Positions 17,074-26,477 of a DNA stretch of 37,959 bases are shown in pieces. The stretch spans positions 1 to 37,959 of the forward strand of contig JAWOGA010000050.1 of the NCBI GenBank assembly GCA_046497225.1, read 5' to 3'. This stretch comes from Candidatus Moraniibacteriota bacterium (GTDB taxonomy: Bacteria > Patescibacteriota > Minisyncoccia > Moranbacterales > DUUL01). The notes under the pieces are model-generated. The model was not told where the DNA came from, made no database searches, and saw only the letters and a list, made by a program, of their open reading frames with translations. The position numbers and the translations under genes are program-made. Every line of letters begins with the position of its first letter. The first letter of the stretch is position 1.

Positions 17074-17562
17074 TTAATTTTTGTGCTTTTTCATTAAAAA
17101 CAAACTCAAAAAAGGCAAAACCGTCCATATGAGTTTAGCGTTCTCTGAAATTAACATCTTCTTGGAAAATGGTGTAAAAAAATCTTGAAGCTCTTTAGCA
17201 GAAAACCAATCCAAAGACATACTGCTTATCATTCCAACCACCAGCAAAGACAAGAAAAGTGTCTGTGCCCAAACAATAATCTTCTTGCCTTTAATTGAAA
17301 AATTAAACATCTTTTTCAACCCGGTATAACAAAGCCAGATAAGAACCCCAAAGAAAACAGCTTTCAGGCCGCCCTCTCCTGGAATAAAATAAGCAAAAGA
17401 AAGAATCACATAAGCTACATATACAGATAAAATTAATGCTCCCAGGTTTTTCTTATTAATTACAACCAAAAGAGCCATACCCACCACCACAAAAACCAAA
17501 AAGAGCCAAGTATCCCCTGCATAAGCGCCCGGGACACCGATTTTTGTCAAAAAATCAATCAT
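17074..17562 (-). CDS. hypothetical multi-pass membrane protein
   Basis: 162 aa with at least 4 hydrophobic helices. Divergently transcribed from lgt. Confidence 0.5.
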   Translation of the reverse strand: MIDFLTKIGVPGAYAGDTWLFLVFVVVGMALLVVINKKNLGALILSVYVAYVILSFAYFIPGEGGLKAVFFGVLIWLCYTGLKKMFNFSIKGKKIIVWAQTLFLSLLVVGMISSMSLDWFSAKELQDFFTPFSKKMLISENAKLIWTVLPFLSLFLMKKHKN

Positions 17563-17663
17563 TTTATTTTTGTTAAATTTTTAAATAATGTGTTATTATA
17601 AGCATTCATCCAGACAATTTTAATAATATCATAAATTGCTTAAACACAAAAGCAAAACTGATT

Positions 17664-18512
17664 ATGCAAAATTTTTTAAATCTATGGCAAAGCCTGCCTT
17701 TAAAAATAGACCCGGAAATAGCCGAAATCTGGATATTCTCCTTGCGCTGGTATTCTATCGGCTATTTACTCGGTTTTCTTACTGTTTTTTTATTAATTTA
17801 TTATCGCCTCCGTCAAAAAGAGCTGCCCCGCTTTTCTCATTTTAAATTAACTCGGAACCAAGCAACAGACCAGCTTTTCAATCTTTTCATCGTATCCGCA
17901 ATAGGAATTCTTGTGGGAGGCAGACTGGGCTATTTTTTAATTTATGACTGGCAAGGATTAATAAATAATCCCATCGAAATTTTTCTCCCCTTACAAAACG
18001 GCCAAATTCAGGGATATTTTGGAATGTCCTTCCACGGAGGAGCCATTGGGGCTTTATTGGGATCTTTCTTTTATTGTCAAATTAAAAAACTTAATTTTTG
18101 GAAATTGTCGGATTTTATTCTTCCCGCTATTCCTTTGGGATATTTCTGGGGCAGAATGGGAAATTTTTTCAATGGAGAGTTATTTGGGAAAACTACCGAA
18201 AAGCCTTGGGGGATGCATTTTAATTCAAGTGATGGTCCCCTGAGGCACCCCACCCAGCTTTACGAAGCTTTTTTCGAGGGTTTAGTTATATTTTTAATTC
18301 TCTGGCCACTGAGAAATAAACAATTTTTAAAAGGAAAATTTCTAGGTTTATTTCTAATTATTTATTCTTTCTTTAGGTTTTTTATAGAATTTTTAAGACA
18401 AACGCCGCCCGAGCAAATTGTCTTTCAATTTTTTACCACGGGTCAAATATTGAGCCTGGCGATACTTGCTTTCGGGCTTTATTTAATGTATAATAAAAAG
18501 CCTAATATTTAA
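17664..18512 (+). CDS. lgt: prolipoprotein diacylglyceryl transferase
   Basis: LRWYSIGYLLGF, GGRLGYFLIYDW, HGGAIGALLG, GRMGNFFNGELFGK and RHPTQLYEAFFEG are canonical Lgt motifs. Confidence 0.9.
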   Translation: MQNFLNLWQSLPLKIDPEIAEIWIFSLRWYSIGYLLGFLTVFLLIYYRLRQKELPRFSHFKLTRNQATDQLFNLFIVSAIGILVGGRLGYFLIYDWQGLINNPIEIFLPLQNGQIQGYFGMSFHGGAIGALLGSFFYCQIKKLNFWKLSDFILPAIPLGYFWGRMGNFFNGELFGKTTEKPWGMHFNSSDGPLRHPTQLYEAFFEGLVIFLILWPLRNKQFLKGKFLGLFLIIYSFFRFFIEFLRQTPPEQIVFQFFTTGQILSLAILAFGLYLMYNKKPNI

Positions 18513-18547
18513 GCTTCATTCTATAATTTTTAGCTAACTAGATCAAT

Positions 18548-19657
18548 ATGCTAATCCTTGCTTTAGAGACTTCCTGTGATGAAACTTCCGCAGCTGTTCT
18601 GGAATTTCAACCAATTTCTGATAAATTTCAACTTCTCTCCAACGTTGTTTCCTCTCAAGTAAAAATCCACTCGGCATGGGGAGGCGTAGTTCCCAATCTT
18701 GCCGCGCGAGAGCACCTCAAGAACATTCTTCCCATTATTGAAAAATCAACAGAGGAGGCAAAAACAAACCTGGAAAAAATTGATTTGTTTTGCATTACCC
18801 AAGGACCGGGACTTATTCCCGCATTACTAATCGGAACCAATGCAGCTAAAACTTTGAGCTATTATTACCAAAAACCCCTTTTGGGAATTCATCATATTGA
18901 AGGCCACATCTACGCTAATTTTCTCAAAAACAATAAAAACGGATCTTTAAATAGACACGCATTTCCTATTTTAAATCTGGTAGTTTCGGGCGGACACACT
19001 CAATTAATCTTAATGAAAAACCATCTGGACTACCAAATAATCGGCCAAACTCAAGATGATGCAGCAGGAGAAGCTTTTGATAAAGTAGCAAAAATCTTAA
19101 ACTTAGGCTATCCCGGCGGACCCATTGTTTCAAAAAAAGCTGAGGAGGCTAAAAAAATAATTGCAAATAATAAAGAGTTCTCTCAATTGGAGTTTCCCCG
19201 CCCTATGATTAAATCCGGAAATTCTGATTTTTCTTTTTCGGGGCTTAAAACCGCTGTTTTATACTTTTTTAAAGAATTGGAAAACCAAAATCTTGATGAA
19301 GAGAAAATGGAAAATTGGAAAAAAGTGATTTGTAAAGCCTTTCAAGATGCGGTTATTGACGTTTTGGCCCAGAAGACGCTAAAAGAAGTTAAAAAAAGGA
19401 ATCCAAAAACAGTGTTGCTCTCCGGCGGAGTGGCAGCTAATAAAGAACTCAGAAAGCAACTTGAGAAAGAAATAAAAAAGGAGCGCTCTGAAGTAAACTT
19501 CTCTTGCCCGGAATTGAATTTTTGCGGAGACAATGCCGCTATGATAGCCGTTGCCGGGTTGGCGAGATTTAAAAAATTATCCAAAGAGAAAAAACTGAAT
19601 CAGCTAAAAACCAACTGGAGGGACCTGGAAGCCAACTCTAATCTGCAAATCAATTAA
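18548..19657 (+). CDS. tsaD: tRNA N6-adenosine threonylcarbamoyltransferase
   Basis: ILALETSCDETSAAV, HHIEGHIYA, VSGGHTQL, DDAAGEAFDKVAK and SGGVAANKELR are TsaD/Kae1 signatures. Confidence 0.95.
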   Translation: MLILALETSCDETSAAVLEFQPISDKFQLLSNVVSSQVKIHSAWGGVVPNLAAREHLKNILPIIEKSTEEAKTNLEKIDLFCITQGPGLIPALLIGTNAAKTLSYYYQKPLLGIHHIEGHIYANFLKNNKNGSLNRHAFPILNLVVSGGHTQLILMKNHLDYQIIGQTQDDAAGEAFDKVAKILNLGYPGGPIVSKKAEEAKKIIANNKEFSQLEFPRPMIKSGNSDFSFSGLKTAVLYFFKELENQNLDEEKMENWKKVICKAFQDAVIDVLAQKTLKEVKKRNPKTVLLSGGVAANKELRKQLEKEIKKERSEVNFSCPELNFCGDNAAMIAVAGLARFKKLSKEKKLNQLKTNWRDLEANSNLQIN

Positions 19658-19666
19658 TTTACTACC

Positions 19667-20644
19667 ATGATTTCAAATTCCGACAAAAAGACCATTCAGT
19701 GCCTAGTTATCCTGGGACCAACCTCTTCCGGAAAATCCGAAACAGCTGTACGCGCAGCCCAAAAAAACAATGGAGAAATCATCTCGGCTGACTCTAGACA
19801 AATTTACAAGGACATGGACCTGGGAACCGGCAAAGTTGAAGGCAAATGGATAAAAACGCGCGATACAAAAATATTTATATACAAAAATATTCCCCATCAC
19901 TTAATAGATTTTCAAGACCCCAAAAAAGACTATAACATCTCCCACTTCAAAAAGGACTGCGAAGAAAAAATTATTGAAATATATCAAAGAGGCAAACTTC
20001 CTATTATTTGCGGAGGAACAGGTTTTTGGATTTCCTCAGTGATTCATGGTATCTCTCTGCCCCAAGTCAAACCGGATCCGGATTTAAGAAAAATTCTTCA
20101 GGAAAAAAATAATCAAGAATTATTTCAAAAATTAGAAGAACTGGACCCAAGGAGGGCTGAAAAAATTGACCCGAGCAATAAAGCCAGACTTATAAGATCT
20201 ATAGAAATTGCCCAAAAGATGGGCAAAGTTCCTCAATTAAAAACAAAATCTCAAACCAATGGCAACATCACAACCAGAGAAATTAAAGATTATGAAATTA
20301 ACTTCTATCAATTTGCCCTGGATATACCCTTTGAAAAACTTGAAAAAAAGATAAAAGAACGAATAAATAAAAGATATAAGCAAGGGATGGTAAAGGAAGT
20401 CAAATATTTAAAAGAAGAACGCAGATTAAGTTTTGAGAAAATTCAATCTTTTGGATTAGCTTATTATTGGATGCCCCTTTTCTTGCAAGGAAAAATCACC
20501 GAGGAAGAAGTTTTGGAAAAAATTTATTTAGCTGAAAGACGGTATGCCAAAAAACAATTAACATGGCTTAAAAAAGAAAAAGGGATCAAGTGGATTGATA
20601 AAAATAAAGATCTTATTTCTTTAGACAATTCTATGGATAAGTAA
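19667..20644 (+). CDS. miaA: tRNA dimethylallyltransferase
   Basis: P-loop ILGPTSSGKSE, plus SADSRQIYKDMDLGTGK, HHLID and CGGTGFW. Confidence 0.9.
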   Translation: MISNSDKKTIQCLVILGPTSSGKSETAVRAAQKNNGEIISADSRQIYKDMDLGTGKVEGKWIKTRDTKIFIYKNIPHHLIDFQDPKKDYNISHFKKDCEEKIIEIYQRGKLPIICGGTGFWISSVIHGISLPQVKPDPDLRKILQEKNNQELFQKLEELDPRRAEKIDPSNKARLIRSIEIAQKMGKVPQLKTKSQTNGNITTREIKDYEINFYQFALDIPFEKLEKKIKERINKRYKQGMVKEVKYLKEERRLSFEKIQSFGLAYYWMPLFLQGKITEEEVLEKIYLAERRYAKKQLTWLKKEKGIKWIDKNKDLISLDNSMDK

Positions 20645-20958
20645 TATTGCCGGCTATTCTTATATACATCTTTTAATTCCAAATGACAAAATCCTAATGA
20701 CAAATCAAGTTCAAAGACCAAATGATAAAATAATGAAAGAACCTGTTTTTTTGATTCATATAGCTATAGACTCCTTATTTACAATTGATTAAAAGAATCA
20801 TTTGACATTTAGCCATTTAATCCTAGAATTCTATTATATTTACCTGCAATTTTCTCTGAAAGAGCCAAAGATCTTAATCTCTTGTTTTTTAAAAAAATTG
20901 CAGAAAAACAAAATATCCATAAAGCTTATTTTTATCCAAAAAAATCCAAAAAAACAAT

Positions 20959-20987
20959 TTGACACAAATCAACAACCGTGATATGAT
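20959..20987 (+). promoter_or_regulatory. sigma-70-like promoter (TTGACA, 17 nt, TATGAT) about 225 nt upstream of the 21213 gene
   Basis: TTGACA at 20959-20964 and TATGAT at 20982-20987 with an exact 17-nt spacer. Confidence 0.4.
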
Positions 20988-21212
20988 TAATTATCAAATC
21001 AGATGTCGGACGATTAGAATTCAAACATTCCGACTTATTAAATTTGAGGATAATAATTTTAAATAACTCAAAGAAGCAGTACAACTGATTGAAATCAATA
21101 ATCCGAATAACTCGGAAATAATTATTTAAGTTTATATAAATTTACTTTATATGCACTGAATTATCAGGATTTCAGCAAAGGATAAATAATTTAAATTCAC
21201 AAATTTCCATTT

Positions 21213-22325
21213 ATGAAAATAACAAGAAAAAATTTAGATAAATTGACTTGGGATGTCTTAAGCCAAGCAAGAGAAAGGGGGCAGAAGGTTTTCATTTTGA
21301 GATTTGGATTGAACGGAAAACAACCTTGGTCTTTAGCTAAAATCGGGAAATCAATGAATATAACCAGAGAACGAGTTAGACAAATAGAGTCGGAAAACTT
21401 TAATAAAATAAAAAAGTCTCAAAAAGGAGAAGACTTTGATAAATTTGAACAAAAAGCTCTGGCAATAATCCAAAAAAGGCAAGGTATCTGCGAAAAAATG
21501 CTATTAAAAACATCTTTAGTAGACAATCCCTCAGAAAAAGAAATTAATCAGTTAATATTCTTATTGAATTGTTCTAAAAAAATCAACTATAAAAAAGAAA
21601 CCGTTCACTTACAAGGATATTGGACAATAAATAACGAAATTAATCCTCAAAAAATTTCCGCTTTCAGTGAATTATTAACTAAAATAATTAAAAAACAAAA
21701 AAAACCTTTGTTATTTAATGAGATAAAAAATATTATCCAAAAAGAGGAAATTGATTCTTTTTTCAAAAAGAATGGAATTCTAGAAACTTGCTTAATATTA
21801 AACAAAAACCTAAAAAGAAACATTTTGGGAGAATGGGGACTAAAAAGCTGGTCGACCGTTTCAGAAAGAGGAAATAAAGAAAAGGCTTATTTGGTTTTAA
21901 AAAAACAACAAAAAACTCTTTACTATAAAGATATAACTAATTATATAAACAACTACTGGTCCACCAAGCCAAATCCGGCAATACTTGATGAAGTCGCCTA
22001 TCGCCAAACTTATGAAGAAAAAAACAGAAGGTCTCTTGCGCAAACTGTTCATAATGAACTCATTAAAGATGAAAGATTCGTACTAGTAGGCAGAGGTATC
22101 TATGGACTCAAAGAATGGGGGCTTAAAAAAGGAACTGTCAAAGAGCTGATCATAGAATTACTAAAGAATAAACAAGAGCCTCTCCATAGCAAAGAAATTA
22201 TTGATTATGTGCTTCAAAATAGAAAAGTTAAGAGAATGACAGTATTGGTAAACCTTGCCGATAAAAATATCTTTGAAAAATTATCAAAAGGGCGTTATAC
22301 TTTAAAGGCAGAAAATATAAAATAA
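21213..22325 (+). CDS. DNA-binding protein: sigma-70 region-4-like HTH plus HARE-HTH/winged-helix modules
   Basis: N-terminal FILRFGLNGKQPWSLAKIGKSMNITRERVRQIESENFNKI resembles sigma region 4.2. The middle part, AYLVLKKQQKTLYYKDITNYI...TVHNELIKDERFVLVGRGIYGLKEWG, fits the HARE-HTH pattern (D-x-RF...G-x-Y/W-G-L-x-x-W). A second similar module lies at the C-terminus (ELIIELLKNKQEPLHSKEIIDYV...KGRYTLK). Confidence 0.65.
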   Translation: MKITRKNLDKLTWDVLSQARERGQKVFILRFGLNGKQPWSLAKIGKSMNITRERVRQIESENFNKIKKSQKGEDFDKFEQKALAIIQKRQGICEKMLLKTSLVDNPSEKEINQLIFLLNCSKKINYKKETVHLQGYWTINNEINPQKISAFSELLTKIIKKQKKPLLFNEIKNIIQKEEIDSFFKKNGILETCLILNKNLKRNILGEWGLKSWSTVSERGNKEKAYLVLKKQQKTLYYKDITNYINNYWSTKPNPAILDEVAYRQTYEEKNRRSLAQTVHNELIKDERFVLVGRGIYGLKEWGLKKGTVKELIIELLKNKQEPLHSKEIIDYVLQNRKVKRMTVLVNLADKNIFEKLSKGRYTLKAENIK

Positions 22326-22340
22326 TTTTTAATATAAAAA

Positions 22341-23711
22341 ATGCCTGCCGCTAAAAGAAATCCGGAAAAAGAATATAAGAACTTCATCCTCTTCTTGATT
22401 GGGTTGGGGGTTTTAGTATTTGCCGCTTCTTATTTTTTTGTTACCTCGGAAGAATCAGTTATTCTTGTTTACACTTGGAAAATTCTGGCCAACTTATGGT
22501 GGATAATTTTTCCTATACCTCTTTGGATGATTTTTCAAAAAGCTTGGTTTGAATACGGAGCCTTCTCTTTTGGCAGTAAGCAGGATTATGTTTTTCTTGA
22601 ATTTATCCCTCCCATTGATGTAGAAAAAAGCCCCAAAATTGTAGAACAAATATTCACGGGAATTCACACTTGGAGCGCGCCTAACTTATTTGAAAAATAC
22701 TGCGGGTGGAGGCCGTTACAGGATAAATTCAGTTTTGAAATTGCTTCCACTGGAGATGAGGCAGTTCACTTTTTCGTCCGTTGTCCAAAAGCGGCCAGAG
22801 ATTTAGTAGAAGCTCAAATTTACGCCCAATATCCGGATGCTGAAATATTTGAAGTAGACGATTACACCAAGAATATCCCCAAAAATATCCCCAATAAAAA
22901 CTGGGATGTTTGGGGAACTGTTTTGACCCTTTTGGATATGAAAAACCCCAAACCCATTAGAACTTACAAAAACTTTAAGGAGGACGTCACCGGTTATATG
23001 ATAGATCCTTTAGGCTCGTTAGTAGAAGTTATGAATAAACTCTCCCCGCATGAGCAAATCTGGCTTCAAATCATTATCACTCCCGACAATGAACCCAATT
23101 GGAGACCTCCGTTTAAAGAGAAAATAGATGAATTTTGCGGTCTTAAAAAAGCCACCTCCCCGGGAGCAGGAACTGTACTTTTTACAACAATTTCGGATTT
23201 TTTTGCCAATATTTTCAGGGCCGCCGGCGGGAAAGAATTGCAGTACACGGAATTAAAAGAAGAGGAAAAAAAAGAATTTAATGTAAACCAATTAACTCCT
23301 GTTCAACAAAATGTAGTGGAAGAAATGGAGAGGAAACTATCCAAACCTGGATTTAAAACAACAGTCAGAATTGTATATGTTGGCAGGAGAGAATTCTTCA
23401 ATAAGGCTAGAGGAGTAGCAGGAACTATGGGCGCAATCAAGCAATTCAACGATTCAAATCTAAATGCATTTTTGACTGATAATAGAACCAAAACTTTTGC
23501 CAATTACTATTTTGGAGAACCTAGGCTGAAATTTCGGCAAAGAAAAATTGTAAGCGATTTTAGAGGCAGGGACGGAGCCGGAATCAGTTACATTTTTATT
23601 CCGGAAGAACTTGCCAGCATGTACCACTTCCCGGATATGTCTGTTAAATCAAGTGCTATCCGAAGAGTGGAGGCTAAAAAGAGCGAAGCCCCGACTAATC
23701 TACCAATGTAA
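22341..23711 (+). CDS. hypothetical 2-TM membrane protein, predicted partner of the downstream coupling-type ATPase
   Basis: Two N-terminal TM helices (FILFLIGLGVLVFAASYFFV, ILANLWWIIFPIPLWMIF), then a ~380-aa soluble domain. It starts 15 nt after the HTH gene and ends 90 nt before the ATPase gene. Confidence 0.55.
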   Translation: MPAAKRNPEKEYKNFILFLIGLGVLVFAASYFFVTSEESVILVYTWKILANLWWIIFPIPLWMIFQKAWFEYGAFSFGSKQDYVFLEFIPPIDVEKSPKIVEQIFTGIHTWSAPNLFEKYCGWRPLQDKFSFEIASTGDEAVHFFVRCPKAARDLVEAQIYAQYPDAEIFEVDDYTKNIPKNIPNKNWDVWGTVLTLLDMKNPKPIRTYKNFKEDVTGYMIDPLGSLVEVMNKLSPHEQIWLQIIITPDNEPNWRPPFKEKIDEFCGLKKATSPGAGTVLFTTISDFFANIFRAAGGKELQYTELKEEEKKEFNVNQLTPVQQNVVEEMERKLSKPGFKTTVRIVYVGRREFFNKARGVAGTMGAIKQFNDSNLNAFLTDNRTKTFANYYFGEPRLKFRQRKIVSDFRGRDGAGISYIFIPEELASMYHFPDMSVKSSAIRRVEAKKSEAPTNLPM

Positions 23712-23801
23712 GAATAAAATCTTTTTTAAATTTAATATCTCTATACCCCTCAATCGATTCTCTCTATTTTTAATACAAGACGAATAAAACAAGTTAGCAA
23801 T

Positions 23802-25577
23802 ATGAACAAAGAAATAAACTTTTTCGCAAAAACCAATTTTCGCAACAAGGAAAGGGTTTTCGGTATAAAAACCGATGACAGGAGGCGCCACTCTTATGTA
23901 GTGGGTAAAACCGGAATGGGCAAAACCAACCTTATTCAAAATATGGCCATGCAAGATATTCGGGACGGGAAAGGCGTAGCAATTGTAGATCCACACGGAG
24001 AATTTGCAGAAGAGTGTTTAAAAGCGGTTCCGTCAAGCAGAATTAATGATGTCATATATTTCAATCCGGCTGATACGGACTTCCCTATAGCTATGAATGT
24101 AATGGAGAAAGTGGACTCGGAGTATAAACACCTAGTAGCTTCCGGGCTAGTAGGAGTTTTCAAAAAAATATGGGCTGATTCCTGGGGACCTAGATTGGAA
24201 TATTTATTAAGAAACGCCATCCTAGCACTTCTTGAGTACCCCACTTCTACCCTACTGGGAGTTCCAAGGATTTTAATAGACAAGTCTTACCGAGAAAAAG
24301 TAGTAGAAAAAGTAACCGACCCGGTAGTAAAAGCTTTTTGGACCGAAGAATTTTCTAAATACAACAACAACTTCGCTACAGAAGCAATCGCCCCGATACA
24401 AAACAAGGTCGGCCAATTCTTGTCCAGCTCTCTGATTAGAAATATTGTAGGACAAACCAAATCAGCTTTTTCTATGAGAGAAGTTATGGATAATAAGAAG
24501 ATCCTAATAATGAATCTCTCCAAAGGAAGAGTCGGAGAAGACAACAGCGCTCTTTTAGGAGCTATGATGATTACCAAGATTCAATTATCAGCCATGGCCA
24601 GAGTGGACATGCCTGAAAATAAAAGAGAGGACTTTTATATGTACGTGGACGAATTCCAAAACTTTGCCACAGAGTCTTTTGCTAATATTTTATCAGAGGC
24701 CAGAAAATACCGACTGAATTTAATTTTAGCTCATCAATATATTAGTCAACTTGATGAAAAAGTGCGAGATGCGGTTATGGGAAACGTTGGCACCATTATA
24801 ACCTTCAGAGTAGGAGCCGCCGATGCTGAATTTTTGGAAAAAGAATTTGAGCCAGTCTTCTACGCCAACGATTTAGTAAATTTGGCAAAATACAATGTTT
24901 ACTTAAAGTTAATGATAGACGGGGTTTCCACTCAACCATTTTCCGCAACCACATTACCTCCGGTTGAAATAGAGAGCACCTATGAAAATCTGGAAAAAAT
25001 CGTTAAAGTATCCAGAGAAAGATACGCCTCTCCGCGAGCCGAAGTGGAAGAAAAAATCTCCAGATGGAGCGGTTTTTTGAAAAGCGAAGTTAAAAGCAAA
25101 GTTAAAGAGCTCGTAAAAGAAGAAAAAAACTTCCAAAAAACCGATACCCCAAAGCCAGTCGACAGCAACCAAGAGCAAAAAAAACAGGAAACGAGGAAAG
25201 AGTCTCCCTCCGAGAAAGACACCGAAAAACAAAAGAAGAACGAAAAAGAGGGAGCATTAGACGAAAAGGGTCGCGAACTACACAAAACAAACTGCTCCGC
25301 CTGTGGAACTGAAATTGAAGTTCCCTTCAAACCCGACGGCAGTAGACCGGTTTTCTGCAAAGAGTGTCTAAGGGAATATAGACGTCAGCAAAGTCAACTT
25401 CAAGAAGATTTAACAAAAAATAATACCCCCTCCGGAAAACAACCAACTAAGAAACAACCAAACAAATCCAATTTTTCCAAAAACAATGATTTGCAACCAA
25501 ATTATTCAAAAAACAAAAATGATAACTCCTTAAAAGAACTGATCAACCAAGCAATGGAAGACAAAAAAGATAAGTAG
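23802..25577 (+). CDS. VirD4/TraD/TraG-like (type IV coupling protein-like) P-loop ATPase lacking TM helices, with a C-terminal CxxC-x17-CxxC zinc ribbon
   Basis: Walker A VVGKTGMGKTNL, VDPHGE, Walker B FYMYVDEFQNF, and ILAHQYISQL...GNVGTIITFRVG, which is TraG-D_C-like. A K/E/Q-rich linker leads to CSACGTEIEVPFKPDGSRPVFCKEC, followed by a K/N-rich tail. Confidence 0.8.
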   Translation: MNKEINFFAKTNFRNKERVFGIKTDDRRRHSYVVGKTGMGKTNLIQNMAMQDIRDGKGVAIVDPHGEFAEECLKAVPSSRINDVIYFNPADTDFPIAMNVMEKVDSEYKHLVASGLVGVFKKIWADSWGPRLEYLLRNAILALLEYPTSTLLGVPRILIDKSYREKVVEKVTDPVVKAFWTEEFSKYNNNFATEAIAPIQNKVGQFLSSSLIRNIVGQTKSAFSMREVMDNKKILIMNLSKGRVGEDNSALLGAMMITKIQLSAMARVDMPENKREDFYMYVDEFQNFATESFANILSEARKYRLNLILAHQYISQLDEKVRDAVMGNVGTIITFRVGAADAEFLEKEFEPVFYANDLVNLAKYNVYLKLMIDGVSTQPFSATTLPPVEIESTYENLEKIVKVSRERYASPRAEVEEKISRWSGFLKSEVKSKVKELVKEEKNFQKTDTPKPVDSNQEQKKQETRKESPSEKDTEKQKKNEKEGALDEKGRELHKTNCSACGTEIEVPFKPDGSRPVFCKECLREYRRQQSQLQEDLTKNNTPSGKQPTKKQPNKSNFSKNNDLQPNYSKNKNDNSLKELINQAMEDKKDK

Positions 25578-25606
25578 GACCCCCTCTTGTCTAACTAACA
25601 TTTCGA

Positions 25607-25635
25607 TTGACCGTAGGGTATTTTAATGATATTAT
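25607..25635 (+). promoter_or_regulatory. sigma-70-like promoter (TTGACC, 17 nt, TATTAT) upstream of the tRNA-Cys/tRNA-Leu pair
   Basis: TTGACC at 25607-25612 and TATTAT at 25630-25635 with a 17-nt spacer. It lies ~155 nt upstream of tRNA-Cys. Confidence 0.4.
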
Positions 25636-25792
25636 TTCAATCAGTTGTAATGGTTTACTTGAAGACTAGGAGAGAATTGGAAGATACTTTTAAAGAATCA
25701 AGGCAAGAAGAAGTCGGTTAGAACCGCCAAAAATTAAACCTGCCTAAAAAAGGAAAAAATCTCGCAAATTTCCAAGAAATATAACAATATTA

Positions 25793-25864
25793 GGTCGCGT
25801 GGCCGAGTGGCTTAGGCAAGGGTCTGCAAAACCCTGTACCCCGGTTCAATTCCGGGCGCGACCT
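25793..25864 (+). tRNA. tRNA-Cys (GCA)
   Basis: Hand-folded cloverleaf. Acceptor GGTCGCG/CGCGACC; anticodon stem AGGGT/ACCCT with loop CTGCAAA; T arm CCCGG-TTCAATT-CCGGG; discriminator U, as expected for Cys. No encoded CCA. Confidence 0.9.
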
Positions 25865-25958
25865 CAGGTTTGTTGCTTAGTCTTCTAGTTATCTAGTTTG
25901 CTTGTAGTTTATATATTAACGGAAAAGCCAATTAATCAGATAACTGAATGACTAGATT

Positions 25959-26045
25959 GCCCGGGTGGTGGAATTGGTAGACACGAGGGACTTAAAATCC
26001 CTTGGGATTTATCCTGTGCGGGTTCAAATCCCGCCCCGGGCACCA
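25959..26045 (+). tRNA. tRNA-Leu (TAA), class II with long variable arm, CCA encoded
   Basis: Acceptor GCCCGGG/CCCGGGC; anticodon stem AGGGA/TCCCT with loop CTTAAAA; long variable arm; T arm GCGGG-TTCAAAT-CCCGC; ends A-CCA. Confidence 0.9.
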
Positions 26046-26060
26046 TTTTTCTCTAAAAAA

Positions 26061-26085
26061 CAGTGATTCTAAATCACTGTTTTTT
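26061..26085 (+). terminator. rho-independent terminator after tRNA-Leu
   Basis: cagtgatt / cta / aatcactg followed by TTTTTT. Confidence 0.75.
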
Positions 26086-26446
26086 AGTTAGAAAAATGAG
26101 TGCCCTGCTGGAAAAATACCACTCCAGAAATAAAATCCCTAGAAAAAGATTATTGTTCAGAACTTGAGCAATACGCGGTTAGCGTATTGCCTCTGAATAA
26201 TCTTGCATCTTGGATAGCGGGGCTCCACGTAAAATTCCTAGTACTCGACTATTACGTGGTAGTAGCGTGGTTTCATTGAAACTTTACGGGGCGCTTGCGA
26301 ACAATTAACACAGTTAAAAAATTGACAATTAACCTCTTGAAAATTAACTAATTCAAAAAAATCAATATCCAAAAAGACTTTTTTAGGAAAATGAATTCAC
26401 AAAAAAGAAAGCCCAAACATTTAATTCCTAATAACGACACCTAAGC

Positions 26447-26477
26447 GCCTGTCAATATCTTTTGGCAGGCCTTTTTT
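26447..26477 (+). terminator. orphan rho-independent terminator (no annotated plus-strand gene upstream)
   Basis: gcctgtcaa / tatctt / ttggcaggc (9 bp with one G-U pair) followed by c-TTTTTT. Confidence 0.55.

Noticed and set aside
26100-26310. Known housekeeping ncRNA (RNase P RNA, tmRNA, SRP RNA or 6S RNA) in the structured spacer. I also considered this for 29760-29965.
   Set aside because: I could not find the conserved cores by eye: GAGGAAAGUCC-type P4 strands, a tRNA-Ala-like acceptor with resume codon, or the SRP domain IV motif. I kept these regions only as unclassified candidates.
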